From Octopus sinensis (Eukaryota): 64,000 nucleotides of DNA. The stretch's first letter is position 1, and the number at the start of each line of letters is the position of its first letter. Made by a program: the position numbers and the translations under genes. A model generated the notes under the pieces. That model had not been told where the DNA came from, made no database searches, and was given only the letters and a program-made list of their open reading frames with translations. The stretch lies in the NCBI RefSeq assembly GCF_006345805.1, contig NC_043002.1:6758001-6822000 (forward strand). Direction: 5' to 3'. Shown here piece by piece: positions 53,163-64,000 of the stretch.

Positions 53163-53445
53163 TAAGTTCTGGACGGTAGGGTAGAGCGAGTGACAGTTTT
53201 GATAGCCGTCTCTGTCAAGTAGTTGGTTACCAGGATGGAATTGTAGACCAGTGCACCCTCCTGGTATTGGTACTCAGGCCTTTGGCGAGAAAATCTCTTC
53301 CTGAGCTCCCTCAAAACCTCCACAAAGTACTCTTAGTTAACCGTCTGGCCAGAGGGAATACAGTGGATGCTGACGACGCCTTTTATCGAAAAAAAGGGAT
53401 CAACATGGGGCTTCCCGGTGGATTCGCTTTGCTTGGCCTCTTGTA
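53163..53445 (-). pseudogene. Degenerate mariner transposase catalytic-domain fragment
   Basis: Manual translation ...MLIPFF..GVVSIHCIPSGQTVN*EYFVEVLRELRKRFSRQRPE...YNSILVTNYLTETAIKTV...PEL. Confidence 0.75.
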
Positions 53446-53482
53446 CCAGTGAAAAACAAGTGCTCACCTTATACAAGTTAAT

Positions 53483-53710
53483 CCTATTTCTTTACTACCC
53501 ACAAGGGGCTATAACACAGAAGGAAAAAAAAACAAGGACAGACAAACGGATTAAGTTAATTACATCGACCCCAGTGCGTAACTGGTACTTAATTTATCGA
53601 CCCCGAAAGGATGAAAGGCAAAGTCGACCTCGGCGGAATTTGAACTGAGAACGTAGCGACAGGCAAAATACGGCTACGCATTTCGCCTGGCGTGATAACG
53701 TTTCTGATCT
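53483..53710 (-). mobile_element. SINE family A
   Basis: Family A motifs. Confidence 0.88.
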
Positions 53711-54617
53711 GTCGGGCACGTTTCATAAGTTTTATGAACATTTTTTGCCCAGTATAATAGAAAATTTTATTGCAGAACGAGTTTTCCAAATGTTCTTCAA
53801 GTCATGATTGCATTCTGAAAACTAGACAGCTGTGACCAAGAGTGTTTACCAGGGTGTTTTCAAAATGCTGTTACAGCTGTCTCCTTCAATCTGGAATAAC
53901 AAAATTTTGCAGTTCAGCTCATTAGATGTATAGTAGTGATATAATAAAATTACAATAACCGAAAACAATTATAACTCCTAAAAAGGACTCAAAACATCTG
54001 GAATGCATTTCATACAAATGCATAGTTATGTGTTCAGTCATTGACCCATACGTAAATACGAAAATACTTCCCTTCAGAATAACGTGTGTCAATGACAACT
54101 GATGGTCTGTAGTTATTGTTATCATTTCAAGATGTCGTGGTAAGTGATCAATCATAAAGGTAACATGTTAAGCTCTGCCCCTGATTAAAAAGAATTTCTG
54201 GACTGGTTTGTTCAGTATAGTAAGCACCAAAGTGCTACTTTGTATACCTTACAAGAGATATACGGGACTGTGACGAAATCGTTTGAGTACTGTTACGATT
54301 TATCTAAATAGAATAATGTTTGTACATCTACCCTATCACTTTACCTCTCACGTTACTTTTTTCTAGGATTTTATTTGAATGATTTCTAGTCATGTTATAA
54401 AACAACGCTTTGTAGATTCTCGGAAAAAAGCCATTATTGGGTATCAGAAACTCGATCCTTTTATACGTTCAACAGACTCCGTATAGAATGATATAACCTT
54501 ATCAAACTTGAATGTAGTGATATCTTTGTAGTGTGTGGTGTTGGGTATTATAGATGAAGACATAGGCATTGTGGTATCTCCGAACTAGCATATGTTTTTG
54601 TAATTAACTTTACACTA

Positions 54618-54878
54618 TTACTCTCTTTTACTCTCTTTTACTTGTTTCAGTCATTTGATTGCGGCCATGCTGGAGCAGCGCCTTTTTAATCGAGCAACTC
54701 GACCCTGGGACTTATTCTTTTGTAAGCCCAGTACTTATTCTATGGGTCTCTTTTGCCGAACCGCTAAGCAACGGGGACATAAACACACCAGCATCGGTTG
54801 TCAAGCAATGCTAGGGGGACAAACACAGACACACAAACACACACACGCATATATATATATATATATAATATATATATA

Positions 54879-54911
<33 letters not shown>

Positions 54912-55075
54912 CGACGGGCTTCTTTCAGTTTCCGTCTGCCAAATCCACTCACAAGGCTTTGGTCGGCCCGAAGCTATAATAGAAAACACTTGCCAAGGTG
55001 CCACGCAGTGGGACTGAACCCGGAACCATGTGGTTGGTAAACAAGCTACTTACCACACAGCCACTCCTGCGCCTA
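54618..55075 (-). mobile_element. SINE family B, full length
   Basis: Family B motifs with an internal (TA)n tract. Confidence 0.92.
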
Positions 55076-55329
55076 TACGCACAAATATACACATATGATT
55101 GCATTTATATACATTTACACAAGCACACTCAAACTCACACACAACTAAAACACAGACGCGTGCACACACATGAATATACCAGCATCATCATTAGGGACAT
55201 TGGATTTATCTTTGTGTTTTAAAATGGCTACTGATAACATAAACAAGAGAATGAGCGTATAGCTATATCTAAGGTTCATCATTACATATCGATTTCATTG
55301 CTTAGTCTTCTACCCGTTTTCTACTTCAG

Positions 55330-55900
55330 TTACTTTTAAAGAAATTGTGTCCAGTGTGATATATTGTCCTCCAGAGCGGACGACAAGTCGGATCAACTGC
55401 CCACAAAGTAATCTCAATATTCAAGTTTTCAATGTCCACTTTAATTGATTCTTGTACCGTTGCCTCAGACCATTCACTGGACGAGTTCCTTCTTGCAGTT
55501 CTTAGTACATAATCATCTTCGGTATTCACTTATCTGGCAGAAACGTTAGCACGCCGGGCGAAATGCTTAGCGGTATTTCGTCTGCCGTTACGTTCTGAGT
55601 TCAAATTCCGACGAGGTCGACTTTGCCTTTCATCCTTTCGGAGTCGATTAAATAGGTACCAGTTACGCATTGGGGTCGATATAATCGACTTAATCTGTTT
55701 GTCTGTCCCTTTTTGTCCCCTCTGTGTTATAGCCCCTTGTGGGTAGTAAAGAAATAGGTATTCACTTATCCAACATACTTTGGCAGTGGCCAAGACAACG
55801 TAGGTAGTGATACGACTCCCAGCTTTGATCCTGTTGAGTTTGGTCCGATGACGGATTTAGTTATTTGTATCATCGTCTTGCCAACGTTTGCGAAAGGTGA
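55330..55900 (-). pseudogene. RTE-clade LINE ORF2 C-terminal remnant, interrupted by a SINE A (55535-55756, + strand)
   Basis: Removing the SINE (TSD GGTATTCACTTATC at 55521-55534 and 55757-55770) gives LRCLGH..MLDK*IPKMIMY*ELQEGTRPVNGLRQRYKNQLK...RPLWRTIYHTG, typical of RTE C-termini. Confidence 0.72.
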
Positions 55901-57156
55901 TGTATCATCCTTCCTGTGTCCTATCAGTAAAGCATTCCTGTTTCACTAATTTGTACCAAGGGCCGCAGTAACAACCAGTTCGTAAATTATGAACTTGTCT
56001 TTATCCTGATTCTGTTGCAACAAACTCTTTTGCATACTTTCCCAAAAGCAGCCTATAAAAGCCGAAGAGATTTAAGATTTCATAGGATACACTGCTATAG
56101 ATACTGTAGTTACTTGTTAGAAAACAGAATTGGTTCACTTGTTTTTGAATCTGAAAAGGCGAAGATTCTATTCTAGAAGATTAGATATTCAAACAACTCT
56201 ATACGGGTTAGATAACTGTAGAATATAAAATTGTAAATAACTGATTTACTGTTTTAGTAAAGGAACGTATTTTTCTCTAATTCAAAAGTGCATCAGGGAG
56301 AAACCAACGGCCAGCTACAGCTTCAGAATAATCGGACGCTTCTAAGATATCCGAATATAGAAAGACACTGGTGCTCACAAGCAGCTTCCGTAAATGATGA
56401 ATTTGGATGGAATATAGGAAATAAATGTAATTCTATTTCTCTATGTCCTGTCTTACTTCCCCATGTATTCTATATAATTATAAATTAAGTATTAGTAGTA
56501 TAATAGCATGTAACTTTTACATACAGAATTTAGTCTTCTTGCAAACAACTAGTGAAAGAAACGGGACAAAATAGGTACAACACAGAGTTTATTGGGAAGA
56601 ACAATAAAGTTGCTTTATTTCATGGAGCGTCGACCAAAATACTTTCTCTTTACTTCCCTTTCCGTTCCAATTTCGATCTCTCCAATTATCATTCCCAATG
56701 AAGAGATGAGCGATAAAATAAATACCAGTAAAATATTAGGGTTAAATGAAGCGGCCGTTCCCAACTCCAGCATTTGTGGCCCTCGGGTTCTGTCAGAAAT
56801 ATTTATTCTGATATGGTCCTTGTATCGAAAGAGTCTTTTAAAAGTGAAAATACTTTGAAACACCAATCATAAATCATCGGAAGATATTCCGAAATCTTTT
56901 TATTCTTTTATGACTGATTTCAGTCATTAGGGTGTGGCCCATACTAAGTCTCCACAAATTCAATTACATGACTACAGTATTTTTTTATTTTTTTGGAATG
57001 CAAAACGGACCTTTATACAAAATCTTAGACTACTGATTCGGTTGCGCAACATTCTGAGGTATTTGTGTAATATCGATGTCAAATTTTGACACAAGGCCAT
57101 CAAGTTCAGGGAAAGGTTTAAGTGTATAACATCAAGTCCAGTGCCCAACTGATACT

Positions 57157-57432
57157 TAAACGTTAGCACGCCGGGCGAAAAGCGTAGCCGTATTTCGTCT
57201 GTCTTTGCGTTCTGAGTTCAAATTCCGCCGAGGTCGACTTTGCCTTTCATCCTTTCAGGGTCGATAAATTAAGTACCAGCTACGCACTGGGGTCGATGTA
57301 ATCGACTTAATCCGTGTGTCTGTCCTTGTTTGTCCCCTCTGTGTTCAGCCCCTTGTTGGTAGTAAAGAAATAGGTACTTATTTTATCGACTCCGATAGGA
57401 TGAAAGGCTAAATCGACCTTGGCGGAATTTGA
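57157..57432. mobile_element. SINE A (+, 57157-57375) inserted into an older minus-strand SINE A-like copy
   Basis: The older copy continues as GGTACTTATTTTATCGACTCCG at ~57373. Confidence 0.8.
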
Positions 57433-57726
57433 AAAAGGTATTCCTGTCATTTCAATTCTTCTCTTTAGTTTATTGAGGGAATTTATCTAGAGCACCGTCC
57501 ATTCTGCACGCATTGTGAGTCACACAACTGTCTTCAGGGAAAGTAAATTCAATATGCGGTCTTTAAAGAGATGCCTATTGGAGCATACAGCTTCAACACG
57601 AATACAAATAAACATTACCTGTTAAAATTATTCAATACTATATTGATTTATGATCCTCTTAATTCTTCTGTCGAACTGACTACATGGATATGAGTGTCAG
57701 TGTGAGAGTATGTGCTTGTGTGTGTA

Positions 57727-57796
<70 letters not shown>

Positions 57797-57934
57797 CGTG
57801 TATTTGTAGTGAATGTAGTAAAAGTGATAAGCACAAAACCGAAGTAAGCACCAAGGCTTCGAGATGCTTTTGCTTATGGCAACTGCTACTCCATATTTCG
57901 ATGTTCGAATTTCACATTTCCGGAACCTCGTATA

Positions 57935-58168
57935 CTTATTTCTTTACTACCCACAAGGGGCTAAACACAGAGAAGACAAACAAGGACAGACAAAGGGATT
58001 AAGTCGATTATATCGACCCCAGTGCATAACTGGTACTTATTTAATCGACTCCGAAAGGATAAAAGGCAAAGTCGACCTCGACGGAATTTGAACTCACAAC
58101 GTAACGGCAGACGAAATACGGCTACGCATTTCGCCCGGCGTGCTAACGGTTCTGCCAGCTCGCCGCCT
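57935..58168 (-). mobile_element. SINE family A with TSD TCGTATACT
   Basis: Family A motifs; duplicated flank. Confidence 0.9.
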
Positions 58169-58730
58169 TCGTATACTGTCTGATGACCGGGAACATGCAA
58201 TTCGAATAACTAGATGTGAAATGCCGACTACAATAACTATGCAATAAAGACGGGCTTCCACAGAGTCTCCATCAATCACATCAAACAAATTCCCTCATAA
58301 GTCGCTCCGGAGATGTTGTAGAAGGCAGTTGCCGAATGTGCTACACAGTGGGACAGAACTCGAAACCATGTGATTGCAAAACGAACTTCATAACCACGCA
58401 GCAGCCAAGCTAGTGTGTCGAGTTTATCACCATGTGATTTTCCAGGACACGGTTGAACTATCACATGATACAAAGCGCGAGAAAATGAAGCCAATTTCAA
58501 AAATGCATACAACAGTACATATGTTTGTATATAAATATACACGCGCATACACAACCACACACAAACGAACTAGCGCACACGCACACGTACGTACACACAA
58601 ACACGCAACACACTTATCAATATTTATTGTTATGTCAATTTATGGATTAAAAACAACTAACATTAAACTGAAGTAGTACTCAATAACTTTAGTAGATAGC
58701 ATAATTATAAAAGTACCAGGAAAATGTTGA

Positions 58731-59138
58731 CAGGAGTGGCTGTATGGTAAGTAGCTTGCTTACAAACCACATGGTTCCGGGTTCAGTCCCACTGCGTGGC
58801 ACCTTGGGCAAATGCCTTCTTCTATAGCCTCGGGCCGTCCAAAGCCTTGTGAGTGGATCTGGTAGAGGAAACTGAAAGAAGCCCGTCGTATATATGTATA
58901 TATATGTGTGTATGTGTATATGTTTGTGTATCTGTGTTTGTCCCCCCAATATCGCTTGATAACCGATGCTGGTGTGTTTACGTCCCCGTAACTTAGTGAT
59001 TCGGCAAAGAGACAGATAGAATAAGTACTAGGTTTACAAAGAATAAGTCCTGGGGTCGATTTGCTCGACTAAAGGCAGTGCTCCAGCATGACCGCAGTCA
59101 AATGACTGAAACAAGTAAAAGAGAGTAAAAGAGAGTGA
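58731..59138 (+). mobile_element. SINE family B, full length
   Basis: Family B motifs. Confidence 0.92.
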
Positions 59139-59274
59139 GTACGTAGTTTGTTGGCTTTCGTCATACAGTCAAATGAAGACGAGCAAGTACATACTTCAAA
59201 GTTATTGTTAACCTTCTTCGTGTAAAATCTTTATATACATACATACATACATCCTCACGCGCGCGCACACGCAG

Positions 59275-59324
<50 letters not shown>

Positions 59325-59394
59325 TTCGTATCACCAATTAGCTGAAATTTTCTAAATTAATTTTTTTTTAGTATCTCCTTATCAACATCAGGAT

Positions 59395-59615
59395 ATGGCA
59401 GCGAGCTGCCAGAATAGTTAATAGGCCGTGCAAAAAAAACTTAAGCATTTCGTCCGTCGTAACATTATGAGTTCAAATTCCGCTGAGGTCCACTTTGCCC
59501 TTCATCTTTTCAGGGTCGGTAAAATAAGTACCAATTTGAACACTGGAGTCGATGTAATCAACTTACCTCCTCCCCCGAACTTGCTGACATTCTGCAGACA
59601 TTTGAAACCAATATT
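59395..59615 (+). mobile_element. Old SINE A-related copy
   Basis: Degenerate family A head and core. Confidence 0.75.
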
Positions 59616-60142
59616 AATTTCAGGAAATAGTAGGAATAAACAACATGCAGTACAGTCGAGGGAATGAAACTCAGTGAGACCCGGAGCACAATGTTCTCAC
59701 TGTAGATAGAATATATTTCATTCGGCTTTAAATAGTTACCCAAGTGATACACAGTTTAAAGTTACCGCTCACGCCTTAGTTTTGATTTATAGCGAAGTGG
59801 ACCGGGAAAACGAGGTGTTAAATATCTTTACGTTGGACACAGCTCGGTATTGACGAGAGGTTATGAAACCATGGGGCCTTTGGCCTGTAAAAGGACTTCC
59901 CATGGTTACGACCAACAGCAACTGTCGTCTGTCAGTATTCTTCTTATAAGACTTTGTGTGATTTGATGCCATAGTTGATCTTAGTCAGGTTAAAGTTATG
60001 ATCAAAGGAAGCTATTTCAAATGAATATGTGTTGTGGATATCGTATTTCTCTCAATTGGGTGTCGACTATTTGTTACAAAAATTGTAACGCCCTATAGAA
60101 TTAATCATTCCAGCTCTTTAGTCTCGTAATATGAAACCCTAG

Positions 60143-60411
60143 CATACATACATACGAATATACATACATACATACATACATACATACATACATACATACA
60201 TACATACATACATACATACATACATAAATACATACAAATACATGAATATATACACACGCATACATAAATATACACGCGTGAGCTCGGTTGTATCCATATG
60301 TCCGTTTCGGCAAATATATGTGAATATTGTCTATATAACTATATGAGGAAATATGCACATTTTGATTGTACAAATGCCTATATATATATATATGTGTGTG
60401 TGTATGTGTGC

Positions 60412-60454
<43 letters not shown>

Positions 60455-60474
60455 CGTATATATATATATATATA

Positions 60475-60536
<62 letters not shown>

Positions 60537-60557
60537 TATAATATATATATATATATG

Positions 60558-60593
<36 letters not shown>

Positions 60594-60922
60594 CATACAT
60601 ATGTATATGTACATACATATATATACATATATGTCTATACGTACACGCACATACATGGATGTATGCATGTATATGCGTTACGCATATCTATTCATATATA
60701 CATGTGTGTCTATGTATAACATTTACGCATAAATATAAAATCATATGCATGTATGTATATATGTATATACGTACATATCTCTACATACCTGATCACACAT
60801 AGGGTGAGTATGGATTTATATATTCATGCATACTATATCAGTGTGTGTACCCATCTGTTTTCGTATCTGTCTATCCAACTATATGCACACCTTCACTCAT
60901 ACATACAGAAATACATACATAA

Positions 60923-60953
<31 letters not shown>

Positions 60954-60990
60954 GTGTGTGTGTGTGTGTGTTGTGTGTGTGTGTGTGTGT
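60143..60990. repeat. Compound (CATA)n/(TA)n/(TG)n microsatellite region
   Basis: Direct reading. Confidence 0.92.
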
Positions 60991-62054
60991 AATCAATTAT
61001 GCTGATGGAAGAGCTAGAAAAATCACGCAATCTCCAGAGACATTATGATCGTTACAAGGCAATAAATCAAACACCCCAGCTTACTGCTGTTTAGCTGTCC
61101 ACCAAGTATTTTGCTTTCTATCTCCCACCTCTCCTCTCAATCGCTGTCATAGAACTGGGATACTGTATTAATGTATGATCAGTTAGCGGTTGTCGAATGC
61201 AGGTTTAATGATAGCGGATCGTCACTTGATTTCCCTAATGTGTTTTGCGTCTTTATTGCCTTCTCTATAATTCCAGAACAGAGATTAAAACGTACATAAA
61301 CTGCGATTTGTAATCTTCCTTAAATGAATAACACCTAGAATTTGTTTGTTTTATTGTGTATTTCGTTTAGTTTAATATTCCTCTCGTAGCAAAATTTTGG
61401 TTCCAAATTTTCAAAACGTATTATTTTAAAATATTTTCTAATTCTTTTTTTAAAATTTAAAATATTATATGTAGTTTGATATTTATCATACAATAACTAT
61501 TTTTGATTTCTTTTTTCTTTTAATGAATTAAAATAAATGTATTTGAATGAATTATGTGAATGAATTGTGTGCAGTTTTAATACATTTTTCTCAATGAATT
61601 TGATTGATGCACTCTATTCCAGCTGTGGTAGGTTCTTGGTGAGCCAAGTTATAGACGTGTTCTTATTTCAATTCCGGGATGGAAACAAGTTCACTTCAAT
61701 TATGTTGCCGTATAAACTAATTCAATACATACCTTCGGAAAAGGCATGAATATCACCTTTTCTCCCACTTTTAAAAATATGGCACCTTGTGCTTAATCAA
61801 AAGAAACCAATACATATTTCACATTTTTATCCCTGGTTTATGTTGCCCATTTGACAACCACCCAATTGTATTTCCATTCGTTTTCCTATATATTTATTAT
61901 TAGACTATAAAAATCATCGAAACGGAATTACGACAGGAAATAATATTTTCATAAACAATAAAGGTTCATAAAAAAAATCTATGCCACGCCATTAAATCGA
62001 AAAGAAACAAACATGCAAAGCTGACAAGAAAAGATATAATTTAAATAAAATTCA

Positions 62055-62455
62055 TGAGTGGCCGTGTGGTAAGTAGCTTACTAACCAACCACATGCTTCT
62101 GGGTTCATTCACACTGCGTGGCACCTTGGGCAAGTGTCTTCTACTATAGCCTCGGGCCGACCAAAGCATTGTGAGTGGATTTGGTAGACGGAAACTGAAA
62201 GAAGCCCGTCGTATATATGTATATATATGTGTGTGTGTGTGTGTCTGTGTTTGTCCTCCTAGCATTGCTTGACAACCGATGCTGGTGTGTTTACGTCCCC
62301 GTCACTTAGCGGTTCGGCAAAAGACACCGATAGAATAAGTACTGGGCTTACAAAAGAATAAGTCCCGGGGTCGAGTTGCTCGATTAAAGGCGGTGCTCCA
62401 GCATGGCCGCAGTCAACTGACTGAAACAAGTAAAAGAGTAAAAGAGTAAAGAGAG
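62055..62455 (+). mobile_element. SINE family B
   Basis: Family B motifs. Confidence 0.92.
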
Positions 62456-62736
62456 TATCCACACAAAACCACGAGCAACAAAATGTAAAAAAATACAAAA
62501 GAAAACAAATAAACTGAATGCAAAACATAAAATACAAACAAGTGAATTTTTTACTTAGACATACATGAAACATTCCGTTGGAATATATACCCGGAGTTAG
62601 AGACATTGCGCTTTTTTATGTTGCTGAAAACTATCTTATTAATATTAATTCAGTCACTAATTAGACTAATTCATTTTTCCAAACATTTTTAAAATACAAG
62701 AAGAACTGGAAACATCTACTAATATTAATGACTGGT

Positions 62737-63136
62737 AGGGACGCGGTATTTCTTTATGCAACCATAATATACTATAAAGTATAGTTAAACATTTTTGTAA
62801 GTCAGTACTTTGTCCTATTGTGATAGGCAGAGCACTTTGCATCACTTGTTAAATTTATCTCTACAGAAATTATAGCTAGCACTGATTTCTGTTCCGAAGT
62901 TTCGTATCTGAAACGTCAGACGTAAACAAACAATGAAATCAAAGAAAACGTTTAATATACTTTATATTGTCGTTACGTTCTGAGTTCAAATTCCGCCGAG
63001 GTCGACTTTGCCTTTCATCCTCTCGGGGTCGATAAATTAAGTACCAGTTTCGCACTGGGTCGATGTAATCGACTTAAACCCTTTGTCTGTCCTTGTTTGT
63101 CCCCTCTATGTTTAGCCCCTTGTGGGCAATAAAGAA

Positions 63137-63200
<64 letters not shown>

Positions 63201-63897
63201 AGGGCGGCGAGCTGTCAGACACGTTAGCACGCCGGGCGAAATGCTTAGCAGTATTTCGTCTGTCCGCTACGTTCTGAGTTCAAATTCCGTCGAGGTCGAC
63301 TATGCCTTTCATCCTCTCGGGGTCGATAAATACAGTACCAGTTTCGCACTGGGTTGATGTAATCCACTTAATCCGTTTGTCTGTCCTTGTTTGTCCCCTC
63401 TATGTTTAGCCCCTTGTGGGTAGTAAAGAAATATATACTTTATATTATATTATGGTAACATAACGAAGTACTGCATCCCTGCAAGTCTTTAGTATTTACG
63501 TGCCAACTTCCAGGAATGTGTTTAATGTGTAAAGTTGGTGTATCCAATAATGATGTTACACTGCTGTATCTAGTGGCTATCCAAGCAATGTTTTCTTGGA
63601 TGATTAAGGGGTTAGATGGGTGCTGATGAAGGAAAAGAACACCCGAAGTAAGGTATATATGCTCATTAACCTTTTTTCATCTTCGATTTCATTGTTTGTT
63701 TACATCTGACGTTTCATTTCCGAAACGTCGTTACAATACCCATCACTGGTTATAATTTCTATAGAACTTCTGTAGAGATAACCTGAACAAGCGATGTGAA
63801 TCGCACTGCTAACACAGTAGAACATGGTATTGACTTATAAAAACGCTTAATATATTTTATAGTATATCATGGTTGCATAACGGTATACCGCGTCCCT
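62737..63897. mobile_element. Foldback/MITE with ~210-bp imperfect TIRs (62737-62945 / 63680-63897)
   Basis: GGGACGCGGTAT..TTATGCAACCAT.ATATACTATAAA...GAAACGTCAGA.GTAAACAAACAATGAAATC matches the reverse complement of the right arm. Confidence 0.8.
62969..63432 (+). mobile_element. Two SINE A copies separated by (TG)n, inside one 14-bp TSD
   Basis: ATATACTTTATATT at 62955-62968 and 63433-63446. Confidence 0.88.
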
Positions 63898-64000
63898 TCT
63901 CGTCATTACCATTTCATTACAATTTCCATTCAGTTTAATATTTGTCTATGTGTCAATCTGAGTGTGCGTATGTATGTGTTTATTTCTCTGTGTGTGTATG

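Overview
This is AT-rich eukaryotic non-coding DNA (intergenic or intronic) with one 100-N assembly gap. The repeat content (four tRNA-headed SINE families and dense TA/CA/TATG microsatellites) looks like Octopus; that assignment is inferred from remembered repeat sequences. I found no credible intact host gene, and nearly all ORF-track entries are microsatellite or SINE artefacts. Recognisable elements are about 30 SINE copies, a full-length dead mariner (14553-15802), two other mariner fragments, RTE-LINE fragments, a non-autonomous Helitron, several MITE/foldback elements and a 17 x 69-bp minisatellite. The main unexpected signal is a set of type-I hammerhead ribozyme motifs from several unrelated small repeat families, mostly next to (TA)n tracts. 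Four are canonical or near-canonical (10775, 31713, 39941, 44461) and several more are degenerate. One sits at the tip of a 36-bp G.U-rich RNA rod. One family shows the inverted-LTR-plus-tail layout of Penelope-like elements. Repeat boundaries were read by eye and may be off by a few bases.
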